64,000 nucleotides of DNA from Botryllus schlosseri (lineage: Eukaryota). This document shows positions 13,011-24,997 of the stretch, piece after piece. The notes below the pieces were generated by a model that saw only the letters and a program-made list of their open reading frames with translations, made no database searches and was not told the DNA's origin. The stretch covers positions 20,088,001-20,152,000 of the forward strand of contig CM119384.1 in NCBI GenBank assembly GCA_051294905.1, written 5' to 3'. The position numbers and the translations under genes are program-made. Every line of letters begins with the position of its first letter. The first letter of the stretch is position 1.

Positions 13011-15167
13011 AAAAGAAGTTGTATTGCTTGGAGTTGTACAAGGTAGGCTAATTGGTGCGAAAATATCGTTTCGTCTTAAACCCCGGTTTATTTGTCTAAA
13101 TGTGGTTAAAATCATGTTATACTTGGGTACTCGCATTTCATCTCCAATCGAGTGGTTGTGGTTGTGGTAATTACGTATGAAGACATGGTCCTTGGCTTTA
13201 ATTATACTAAGCAAAAAGAGAATGCAGCTTCACTTGCCTGAAACTTGAGCTACTAAATATAAATTGTTTTGTACATAGCCATGATCCATATAACTTGCCA
13301 TAGGAATACCTGTCTTTGTAAAGCAAGATTCAAAATTAAAGATTCTGCCTATAACGGAGTTGATCAGTTTAGTCAACAATATAGTAGCCCATAGAAGAAG
13401 TAATGTAGAAGAAATTGTTGAGTTCATGCGAAGGAAACGATTTCCACGGCAATACTTGAAACCGAAGCAAAAATTGAGAACTTGAGAACACCTTGTTTAG
13501 TTATTCGACCTGCTAGGCACTGGGTAACATCGGTGCTTGGAAAACGGGTTGTCGTCTCCGTGCAAGTCCGATTTGGTTTCGATGATAGGAATGATATTTC
13601 TTGCTCAACCACATGATGTATTTACCGTACGCTATTGCGTATTTTCCAAGGCAGAATGGGACTTATGCGGCGAACCTTATACAGTACACGAACTAACCGT
13701 CGTCGGAGCGTTGCTCTTCTTGCATTAGACAGAAAATAATTTCGCAATCCAAGGAATTTATCTCGACTGCGAACATTCACCAGTGGAACTTTAACGATAA
13801 GCGTATTATCGCCCGTTACCGTACCTCGCGAATGCAGACATTGGCAGTCTCAGTTACGATTCTGGCGTTTTGGATTAGGCAACAATTATAAGGGATTAGG
13901 CTACCGATACCGGGTCTTAACGAAAGTTCATTGCTAGGAGCAAAAGTTACTTTGTCAGTGTTGAAACGCGATAATTGATGCAGGCAAAGTATTCTTTATT
14001 GCGTTTGTGAACGATGACCGCCGTTTGTGTGGGACGGCGAAAGTTCTCTGAAAATCCGGCTTGCTGCAACCGCCTCCCTCACGTTAATGTCTTCAATTAA
14101 GATGAATCATTAAGGACTTATGGTTACGCGGCAGAGGCATGGCTTCTCCACGAGGAGAAAATTGCATACGCAAACACGTTTCGGCTATATGAATATGAAA
14201 TATTTTGGATAAGCACTTTTTTCATATCTCTCACCATTCCGTTTGATTATTCATTTTTACACATGGTGTAGTACCAAAGAAAAACTAAATCTGTGACTTT
14301 TTAGTCTTCTACTCACACCAATACCGGATATCGCGGTAATCGCTGTGTTTTTCCCTACCTTATCCTAATTAGGATGTTACGAGTAGTGTGCCTAGTTCCA
14401 TTACAAAGAGCGATATTATTACTTTATATTCCACTTTGATCATGAACAATGAACACGTTTTCGAGTATATAAAAGTAAAATCGTTTGCCACCGATTCCTA
14501 TCTATGTAATGACTTTGATGACTTCCCTTTAGTAATGAATATATAGATTTTTGAGTGAAATTCCTGAAATTTCCCAGAATATGTACGCGCGATCTCTGAA
14601 AATAGTTTTTCGGAGCGCGCATGCACATTGAAAACAAAAACTTTTTACATTCATTACGATAATTTGATCATCATTATCGCGCATGTTTACCCTGAAAATG
14701 GCGGGCCGGCACGCAATCGATTTCTTTGCAGTCCGTTTGTGTGCCATTGTAGACGTGAATGCGTTACTTGTTTCCGTCATTATATCTCTTAAGATGGATA
14801 GACCGTATCCCGAAATGGCTTGACGCACCCTCGAGGGTAGAAATACGGGAAAGAAAGTACTCAAGCAGGCTTTGGATATAGTAAAGCAGAAAGTATTTTT
14901 GAAATATATTTCCATCGTGTTTACGAGGGATATTGTCATAGCGACTGAACGCAATAGCCAATGTATCGAAAATTTATCAATTTGTAATGGTATTTGTCAT
15001 CTTGCGTTAACCACGAAGACGTACCCCGCAATTTCGAAAGTAGCCGTCTTGGATGGGCTCCTATAAGTACCATAAGCCTCCGCCGAACTCTACTTGTAAT
15101 TGAGTATAAATTTACGAGCGTTATTTCCTCATCTACTTCTTACCCAAGTTCCTGGAGCTCTATATAG

Positions 15168-15230
15168 CAGTGGTTCCCAACCATTTTGGATGTTGGAGCC
15201 GCATTTCAAACTTCAGAGTACGTACTCGAG
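15168..15230. mobile_element. Truncated hAT MITE end
   Basis: CAGTGGTTCCCAACC terminus, the same as the 19003 element. No matching second end. Confidence 0.5.
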
Positions 15231-17881
15231 TAGGCTACTTATAACACGGAAATATAAAGGTAGCTAGCTAGTAGCTAGCCTACCTCTGGATCTCACCATC
15301 CAGATAATTAATTCAATACCATGCACAATGTACGTATACTTCTATAGATTCTACATCGTTGATTTTTTGCATTGATAGACGGAGATTGGCGAGTGCTATA
15401 CATTGAAATACACTGCAAATGCATATCATTACTACAACTAGTCAACTACAACAACATACTATCATGTCGTTATGTGATACATGGCCATGTGTGATACTAT
15501 TCAAGTATTCCTACATGCCATCCATTGATGCACAAGTTTGCGTGGGATTATACGCTGAGTAATAATTATGGACTTGTTGCAGTCTATAGTTGACGACAAG
15601 CCGTTTTCTGATGTTAGTGAAATTGTGTTGAAATTTACTCTTCACAGAGACGATATGTAAAGATCTATCTATGACCAGCAGAACTCAATATAATGATATC
15701 CTTATCTGACGGGTATTCATCCATACGTTTGACGCTGGTCTGCAAGAATTCTCTTTTCCGGTTTTCAGAACCGGCCTTGGACGGCTTTCCGCTTCAGAGT
15801 TATCTGATATTCCTCATTTTAGCATTCATATACAGAAATTGACTATAACTATTCATAGAAACAAACAACAACTGTCGTCTATCATAATTTTGTGACGGAA
15901 TCGTAATGAACAATATCTGATTGGTGTAAATCACCAATTTAATCGAAGAACACCGTGAATAGTGCAAATTTTTTTCGAAAACTCCGATACGCCAGTCTGA
16001 TGCCAACAGTTGAACTGAACGGCTCTGTCGATAGGTCGAATTGGAACACGGGCAGTGAATCTTATAGTCTTTCCTATAAATGCCACTAATTTACCCGCAC
16101 GCGGTTAGAAATATCGTCGGCATCGTGTATTTTCGTCCACTGGCCACGATTATTGAACACTCGAACAGGGTTTCGATTCGCCGTCGCGGGGTTTAGCTGG
16201 GAAGCGCGCGTGATTTGGATTTTATCAAGTAATCCAGAAACTAGTGGTTTGTTGTGTTTGCGGTAATTCGAAACCGGTCGGTCGACTTTTGGTGTTCGGC
16301 ACCTGGGCCCACCTCGGAGAGATTGATGGCCGGGCGCGTTGTTAATCTTTTGCAACCGTTGTATTATACCCCGCCGCCATTATACCCCGCCGTCAAAGCT
16401 GCAGCGGCCCTATCGCCCGTTTCAAGACAAAGTGAGATAAACGACGGCCACATGTCGCTCTGCAAGAGGTTCTATTTAAGGAATGCGGCATAATGCAGCG
16501 CGGGGAATACGGGGTATGATTTCACGCATGTACCTAGAATGAGCTCCGTTGATGCCGCCAGTGCGGAGTGATATTTAGTCGGGTTTGCGCAGTAGCTATG
16601 GACGAAAATAGTTCTTAATTATCGAGATGGGCGGATTTCATATTTACAGATCCAACTTTTGTTCCGGATCACTCGCTATATATCCTGATGAAGTTTGTAC
16701 ATATCTTATGTCCCATCCGAATTAAAGTTTATACCCGGCACTGATTCTAATTAAATTTCAATATTCGCGCAAATGCTCGGAACTATTAGAAATTCCACAC
16801 ACAAAATCCGAATTTGAACCCAAAAACTTGAAAAATCTCACATCCGAATCGTCAAGATATCCGAATTCGTTTTGAAATCGTCATAATGCATGTTGATTTC
16901 TGTTGTTTTATGATATGTCGTGGTGGTATGATCTCATAATGGACAGGCGTGTGACGTGACGTAATCACAATGAAGTCAATTCAACGCAAAGTTGGAATTG
17001 AGTATTGCTTACTACGACTGTGACGTAAATCTCAATTGTGCTACGTAAATCGTGAATATTTGGAAGAACAGTAGAAAGGCAACCGTGTCCGCTAGAGTCA
17101 ACTTTAATATTTCAAGAAAAACCGGGCAGTCTGTTTCAACCCTGCCGTTCCGTGACGTTAACAACGAACCGATGGTCGATTACGGTGATTTATGCACACC
17201 TGCGATGCTCAGCTGCTGTAAACATGCCCCATGATCATATCAACCTAACCACGGCTTGTTAAAGCCATCGGTATCGAGCGAACAACGCGTTCGGTGGAGT
17301 GCTGGATTCCAAACGCAGAAAGCGGACCTCTTCAAAATGTGCGCCACACGACATTTGCTAAGTGCGTAATTATCGCCTGCAACGGGCCGAGAGCATGTTA
17401 TTTTGATTAAGTTTAGTAGTTTGTTATTGATCCTCGGCCACTCGACCTGGGAAGCTTTGCATCCGTGCGTGTTCTAACACAACTGCGCGATGTAATGAGT
17501 GTGATAATCGCGTCTTTCGAGCATCTCCATTAACAAATGTGCTCGAGTTTGGTCCGTGCGGGGGGATATTGATTTTGAATTGCGCCAGGTTCTACGTAGG
17601 CACTTGAGTTCAAATTTGGGATTTTAGTTTCCTTGGGAGATTTGGTGAATTGTGGTTACTCAGTTCGCCCCGTCCAGTGTTTAGTAACTGAGCACTACGC
17701 ATCCGAGTAGGTTACCGTAACGTGGATGTAATTCAATTTGTTTTGGATGATGCTGACTGCACCTTCAACACATATGCATATTCGGATTGTGATTTTTGAA
17801 TTCACGGACCGACCGGAGAATATTGAGGCGATTCTCTTTGCCACTATCAGAATGTAACACGATTGAAATATAACTTATAAT

Positions 17882-18497
17882 TAGGGCAAGTTTGTGCAAC
17901 TTTTTTTTACAGCTTCCGGCAGCTTCCTAAATACTCGGAAGCTATATAGTATGGTGTTTTAAGATGTTTGGAGGATTCATGTATTGCAACCTTTTGCAAC
18001 TTTTCTCCATATTTTTCATGCAACTTTTTGTAACTTTTTTGATTTTTATGACACTTTTTGCAACTTTTTTTCGATTTTCCATGCAACTAACTTTTTACTG
18101 GAAATATTTGGCACTTTATGTAAATAGATCGCGTGATTATTTCACTGTCGCAGGGTTGTAACCAAGTCACACTTTTATAGTTTTGACTTGAGTCAAGTCG
18201 AGTCATTTTCAATTCAGCACCGATTCAAGTCATAGTCTAAGTCAGCGGGCAGAGGGTCGAGTCCGAGTCATGGTATTATGACTCTAGTCATTGTCTTGAC
18301 TGCTCAAGTGCTCAGTTTCCAGTTAAGTCTTGTTACACCCACTTTTTATAACCCTGTTTGATGGTATCGAATGGTTCTCATAATTCCAAGGAACTTATCC
18401 ACAAAGGCAACTAAAATATATGCAACTTTTTACTGCAACTTTTGTGAAAAATAAATGCAACTTTCCACGGATTTGACTGCAACAAAAACTTGCCCTA
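17882..18497. mobile_element. TAGGG-ended hAT-type MITE with TGCAACTTTT arrays, carrying a nested GACTC-family fragment
   Basis: TIR TAGGGCAAGTTT at 17882 and AAACTTGCCCTA ending 18497. Many TGCAACTT(T) repeats at both ends. Left flank CTTATAAT, right flank TAAT (TSD apparently partly deleted). Confidence 0.7.
18151..18356. mobile_element. Shortened copy of the GACTC-array hAT MITE
   Basis: CAGGGTTGTAACCAAGTCAC...TTATAACCCTG. Similar to the right part of 11474-12042 in reverse orientation. No TSD recovered. Confidence 0.7.
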
Positions 18498-18741
18498 TAA
18501 TCAGTCGCAGTGATTAGAAAAGCATACCCCATGTAATCTTCATTTAAACAATATTTATTTACAACAAAGCTCCAACTGAACAATAAACCAGTACTGTCGG
18601 TCCAACAGGCATATCTTGTAGCTCAAACGACGCCACATTTCATCATTTTCGCTTAGAAGTGAAATCCTATGCCCCCCTAAATCGCTACGGCAGTGCCGAA
18701 CTGAACCCGGAACAGTTGTAAGAGTGATGACGTCATTGGAC

Positions 18742-19725
18742 TATAGATAACTAACCTACGGATAGATACGCAACACCCGTCGTCACGCTTGCTTGCTCGG
18801 AGGAAATTACTGCTCAACAATCTGAACGCAACGTAATTGCCAATCCCATAGCTGACGACCCGAGCGCTCAAATTAAATAAAGTTGATCTTATTTGAAAGC
18901 TACTGTTGCACTGATTCCGAAAATACACATTAAACTTTCATCATAGCAAAGGAACCAGCCCGAAAGAGCCTTTAAAGTAGGAAAATCGGCATTGTTCTAA
19001 ACCAGTGGTTCCCAACCTTTTTCGCCCCATCGCCCCCTTTTCAAGGTCAACAGCGATCATCGCCCCCCAAATTTTGTGTACCGAAAATTGGGCATACAAA
19101 TATTAATCACCGGCGGGTTGACTAAAAAAAAAAAAGGTCAAATTTTCGGCACAAAGTCTAATTTTACACACTTTTGTAACCAAACTTCCGTGGGTTGACT
19201 AAATAAAAAAATAAAAAAAAATAAAAAAAATCAGCCGCTTTGGCGCGTCATCGCCCCCCTATCGCCCCCTTCGCTATTTTCACCCCCCGTCGCCCCCTTT
19301 GTCCATTTTCGCCCCCCTGTCGCCCCCTTCGTCATTTTCGCCCCCCTGGACCGCCAAATCGTCCCCTGGGGGGCGATATCGCCCACGTTTGGAACCACTG
19401 TTCTAAACAATCGTGGCGACGCACCACAATGACCATAACAACGACCCTTGCGTGGCTGCGATTGTTCAGAACAATGCCGATTGTTCAGACTTTGGGGAGA
19501 TTTTCGAGGCGGTTCCATTGCCCTGATCAGATTCTACTGTATATTTTCGGAATCAGTGCGACAGTAGCTTTCAAATAAGATCAACTTTATTGAATTTAGG
19601 CACGCGGGTCGTTAGCTATGGTATTAGCAATTACGTAGAGTTCAGATTGTTGAGCAGTAATTTCCTCCGAGCAAGCAAGCGTGACGACGGGTGTTGCGTA
19701 TCTATCCGTAGGCTAGTTATCTATA
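18742..19725. mobile_element. Unclassified non-autonomous element with ~185-bp TIRs and a 7-bp TSD, interrupted by a Charlie-like MITE
   Basis: Inverted arms at ~18742-18927 and ~19540-19725, also visible as paired ORFs sharing RLLSSNFLRASKRDDGCCVSIRRLVIY. Termini TATAGATAAC/GTTATCTATA. Direct repeat ATTGGAC at 18735-18741 and 19726-19732. Confidence 0.75.
19003..19400. mobile_element. hAT Charlie/Buster-type MITE with CGCCCCC arrays
   Basis: TIR CAGTGGTTCC(C)AA...TTGGAACCACTG. Perfect TSD TTCTAAAC (18995-19002, 19401-19408). Tandem CGCCCCC units at ~19240-19370. Confidence 0.92.
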
Positions 19726-22076
19726 ATTGGACTGACCGAAAAATGCGTCCAGAGTTGGCTGATACCGATATCTGTACGCACAATGCACAGAAACAGATAT
19801 AGCCCATATATGTCCGCCGAACCCGCATTGCAATAAACCGCCGATTGGTTCGTAATGCGGTTCTGGTTATATATTGGCACTATAACGATGCCGGACGGTG
19901 GGTCCACCTCCTGGGCTCTTGCGTTGCGCACTGAGCATGTAATTTGTAATTTGTTTGAATCATAGCACTACTCCAAGCCATCCTTTCGTTACTGCAGTGA
20001 CTAGTGATAACTTGGAGTCTTGGACCATCTAAGAAAACGAATGGAAGATGTGATTTTCTATCAAATGACGTGTCCTTATGCAATCCGGCTGGTCAGGACA
20101 TTTTAGTCTGCATTGCACTAGGCACTGTCTGCACCCTAACAGAGCGGTTGTACCTACACGAGATCATTTTGATCACCTTTACCAACCTGGGGGACACTTA
20201 CTTTAATCTGCAAGCACTAGGGAACGGAACATTTTCTCTGAGCCTTAAAAACTAAGATCGACCACTATGCACAATGTACATTTAACTGCACATCTAATAT
20301 GTCATTATAAATAACTGCTGCACGAAATGATCTGTGCACCAACGGAGTTTGAAAAGAACGAAATCATTAAAGTTGATTTTGACGCAAAACGATAAGCACA
20401 ATTAAGATATATTTCGAATCTGTGTGACTTTGCCGTTACCTTTCAGATACCCGTTCAAAAATGTGGGGCCTGACCTTTGAAAATTCCATCGTGGTGTTTG
20501 GTCGAATCGCAACAGCGTGATACCAATTGCTCAATTGCAAATGAGTTTAAAAATTTTGGAATGTCAGCAGTACGTAGTTTCGATTTCGAAACCGAAACTC
20601 TCCTACGTACGCCACTATTCTCGCGACGTAGTACCACAACGCTCACGGGCGTGTCGTCACATATCATATATATATGTATGTCGTGTTTCATTCTTGACCT
20701 CCATGGAATCCCTGTGACTGGGTGAGGTTGTGAAGCCAGAGCATTTGAACTGGACACTGAACAGTTCCTGCAAGTTGAATTGTGTCACGTAGTAAGGAAT
20801 GTAAACGCTCTGTAATGCGAGAGGCTTTTGCATGCGTTGAAAGAAACACAGATCGTATCGTGGTCACGCAGCCACGTTAGGTTGTGTAGGAATCGCCGGT
20901 CTTTTCTGCTGGCGCACTAGCTGCTACTTATAGGTTCCGCTAATTCTAATGTGCGGCGTGTCATCCAGGAAAACACTTACTGGGATGCTTTACAGTTTAC
21001 GCTACTTATACTCCGACAACACTGCACAGTGCACACCACCCACAAATTCAACTTCTGGTCGAGCCACGAATTGTTGCGCCTCTGATCAATCTCCGCACGG
21101 CGTCATCCAACGATTTAAGCGCCGCAGATTAGCCGCAATAAGAAACACCCGCTTAATTCATGCGTTTTACTACACTGGCTGAGGAAACAACCCCCATTTT
21201 ATTACACGGCATCGCTGATTATCCTGTCCGCGGCACTGTCTTTTTACCTGATCCACGCTACACGTAACGATGACGCATGGCGCAGTGTTGTCTCCATCAT
21301 ATTTGCGAGGTATAGGCCTGCGGCCGGATAGGCATCATATCGCAGCTTTATCGTTCGGAAGCTGGCAAGGCATGTAGATACGCTGGACTGCTGGCGTTTC
21401 GGTGCTGTTGCATGTGATGAATGCGCTTTTAATGCCGTCTGAAGGCTTAATGGGGCTACGGATTCCATTTGGGATGACTAAAATTTGTACAAGATGTTCC
21501 CGCTGACGCATTGACGGACGTAAAATATTCTTCCCACGTTTATCATGAAAAAATTGCCGCGTGCTCCGTCGGACCGGCGAATTTATCGCGAAATCCTGTA
21601 ATTAGGTAGTTTGAATTGTAGTTTGACGCTTTGGTATTATTTGGTATTATATGACGAATCGTACTGAAATTTGTGGAGCCATCCGCGCGCATCAAGAGAT
21701 ACTATTCTTGACAATAATTGGCATTAACGGAAGTTAACCGATGTCTGATTGCGTACGCGTGCGTTTAATGGGACGACTACACCTTGTACCATCGGAATGT
21801 AGCCCTTTTCTTCCGTATCGTCATATGTCAATATATTTTGTTCCCGCGAGATTCTATTATATATATGTTACGCACGGTACGTATTGATCATTTTATGTCG
21901 GTGACTGCTCCGATAATGCTGATTTATATGGGGACTGTAGCGAGATCCATCCTGTTTTTTGTTACATTTGTGTGCGCGTATGCAAACACCGTTGCCTTAA
22001 CTGTTGGTACGCGGTCAGTGAGTAACTTCTGTATAGCATAGTGTACAGCGTATCCTCCTGAGTCCAGGACAGTGGT

Positions 22077-22590
22077 CTTCAGACACCGGTCCGAGTCTAC
22101 TTTCCGGCCGGTCCGCCAATTACATTTTCAATTTTTTTCTCACTTGAAAAAACATTAGAATTCAGGAATTCAGGAATATTTTTTTGAATCGATTTCAAAG
22201 TTTAGATCGAAATTTTGAATTCTTCCTGACTCTTTTATGATCAGCAATATGTGAGAACTAAAAGGCCTGTTCCGACAAAATTTCATGAATTTCGGCCGCG
22301 CAATTTGAGACATTGGATATACGGTATATATATAAGGCGAAGTTCCATTTCTTTCGCAAGAAACCCTAGAGTCAAAATCGAGCCTGTGCTCTTAGCAGGA
22401 CTAACGTTAATAGAACCACGCGTAACAGGAGTGTTGTGAACAAGACAACAGCTTGTTTTGAGTTGCTTACTTTTGTTGTGTTACATTCTGGGTCGAATTT
22501 TATTTTGAAAAGTACACCGCATCGCAAATTTTATTTTGAAATTTTACCGGCCCGCAAGCTCAAAAGGACGAGAACTGCTAGACCTGTGCA
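22077..22590. mobile_element. Degenerate hAT-like MITE
   Basis: Starts CAGTGGTCTTCAGAC with CCGG-rich subterminal motifs at both ends. TSD and right TIR not resolved. Confidence 0.35.
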
Positions 22591-22699
22591 CTGCGGATGT
22601 ATTACCACTTTTGAAAAGAGAAGTATGAAAACAATCCTTATAGATGGTCGCTGCCAGACTTACAGTAGAAACTACCGATCTTGTTCGCTGACGGTCAAC

Positions 22700-23140
22700 T
22701 AACTACCTTTTTTCCGAGTAGTTCTAGTTCTAGTTGCAAATTTGGAAAACTGAGTAATACTAGTTCTAGATCTAGTTGCGAATTGAAACAAAATTAGTTA
22801 CCGAACAACCGGAAAATCCGTCTTGCCGTTTGGCCTGCATCGTGATACCGGTGTTCTGTTGTGTGGTGTTCTTGCAGCCGTTGATAGGTCAGAGTCATCT
22901 CTACTAACAATGGCGTAGTCAGGGGATGGGTTCTGGGGTCGAAACCCTTACCATTTCATATTCATGCTCTGTTCAGTGTTCGTTCACGTGGAAAGCCGAC
23001 CCGATTCCGATAAAATATTAAAAAAAAACGAATTTCATCGGAATTGAATCTAGCTTGTTGTGTTTTACTTAGTTGCGTATTTTAAATGTTCTTTAGTTCT
23101 ATAAGTTCTATTTTAGTTGCGCTTTTTGAAAATTCAGTAG
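22700..23140. repeat. TAGTT/TAGTTC-rich repeat patches (probable MITE remnant)
   Basis: Clusters of TAGTTCTAGTTCTAGTTGC-like units at ~22700-22800 and ~23060-23140. Confidence 0.4.
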
Positions 23141-24648
23141 CTGGTACTGTACAAGTGTGATCGCTGCACGCTGGCATCACTCCAGGAGCGTAAAGAGCCC
23201 CAAAGCATGAACCCAACAAGCATGCTGCTCTCTCATCTTTTCTCCATATTTCCGCGAATGATCGATCGAATCAGATATATGTAATACGTTTCTGGAGCAG
23301 TAACAAGTTAAGCGGATTGTCCCCGCTGTCACCCCCGCCTAACCTACATCCCACACAGCCGGAATCGCTCGCCTGAGCAGCAAGGTCCTTTGATGCAGGC
23401 ACGGCGAGGCGCGACGCGATAAAATCTACGCACTGTGGGAAACACGGGCGGCCCCCGCTCTCTGGTGAATAGCTCGGAACATGTACCGTAAACGCCAAAT
23501 AGAGTGTGCAATTAGTAGTGCTGAAACTGTTATTGGTTACCAATTATCGATAGTGATTGATTCCTCGGGAAGCTTTGGCTGTTTTCGTTTCGGGCAGCCC
23601 GATCGATATGATAGAAGGGACGCTAATGGCTTAAACCATCCGTTATTATTATTTTTAGTCATTGTTGTCCAGCGCGCACACAACACGCGATATGTTTGAT
23701 TTGTTGGGTCAGAAGGTTGCCGGCTTCTGTGCGCTGCGTTAAAGATTGAATATACTTTGAAGGGGATTTCGCGCGGACTTAACTCGCCTTTCTCCCGTTC
23801 TGCCCGTGTCAGGCCCGAGTATCGTTTTGTCAAATTATTATTTCTCGCAGCGCGGGCCGCCGATGCATCAACTTTACGATGCCGGGTCGAGATACGTTGA
23901 GATCGATGCGCGCAGAATAGATCCCCGTTTTGCCGGCGGTCGGCTTTCTAAAACGCGCGCTCAATTTGTTACGTAAATACGTGTTTATAATTGCGCAATT
24001 ACAAATCGCCTAATACGCCACCGTCACTGGGAATGTGTTAAAATGCTTGCATGATGAGGCTCGCGCTGGCAAATAAACATTCGGGGGTTGTGCTAGAATG
24101 CACACTTGATTGGGAGGTTACCGGATTTGCAACAATGGCGGTGATTACGCAAGGCGTGAAAAGACTTTTGATGGGCGCACTTTCGTTTTAATGTTCCTAA
24201 TCGTATTTATGAATCACGCCACCATCGATAAGTGTCATCAATTATGCGGCGATTAATTTATGAATAATTGCCGAATCGGATTATTTGCGGGGCGTTTGTG
24301 GTGGTTGTGTAGCACAGAGTGCGTGTTGATCGTCAAGCCGCGGGTATCTTTTGTGTAATATGTAGTATTCACTAGGGATTGGAAGAAAAGTGATGAGACT
24401 ACTTTGTAACCAAAATAGGCTCAGCGCCGACGAATGTCGTGGTCCTTGGTTGCGATTGGCATTTATCAAAGCACACAAAAGATTCAGCGCGAAGCGTACG
24501 TTAGTAGAGATGTATTTGTAACCAACAAGTGGCATCGTCCCAAATGAAATCGGTATTGTCGAAAAATACCAAGTTGTCTCTAATTCGGTGTATGAGTCTC
24601 ATTATGATTTGTGACCTCATAAAAGGTAGACCTTAAGACTTTCCAACT

Positions 24649-24997
24649 GGGTTTTAACCAAGTCACAAGGTTCCGAGTCTCGAGTCAATCTCGCTCTTCT
24701 AGTTGTGACTCGCCTCAATTCGAGTCATTTTCAATTCACCACCAAGTCATTGTGTTCACTGTTCAGTTTTGAGTTCAAACAGGTTCAACCCACTTTTTTA
24801 AACTCTGGTCGAGTGATATAGAATGGCTCGCTTCCATAATATCGTAGTTTTAGTAACAGTTCCTGGCCATATTTTCCAAGTATCTGGACTGTTAGACGAA
24901 ATACCAATCATGCGGTGATTTAACTATTCTTCGAAGTTACAACGCAATATATGTCTTGGCCGTTGTAGTCTCGAGTCATTTGACTTGGTTCGCAGCC
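24649..24997. mobile_element. Degenerate copy of the GACTC-array hAT MITE
   Basis: CTGGGTTTTAACCAAGTCACAAGGTTCCGAG...CGAGTCATTTTCAATTCACC matches the reverse complement of the 11474 element's right end. The degenerate other end is near GACTTGGTTCGCAGCCCT. Confidence 0.6.

Noticed and set aside
13230-13427. Minus-strand ORF MNSTISSTLLLLWATILL... resembling a signal peptide, with a possible GC donor
   Set aside because: No recognisable domain, and the next candidate exon gives stops in the compatible phase. There is not enough support for a nested gene.
18677-19802. Paired ORFs sharing RLLSSNFLRASKRDDGCC, and Pro/Gly-rich ORFs at 19231-19578
   Set aside because: They are translations of the inverted arms and of CGCCCCC arrays in MITEs.
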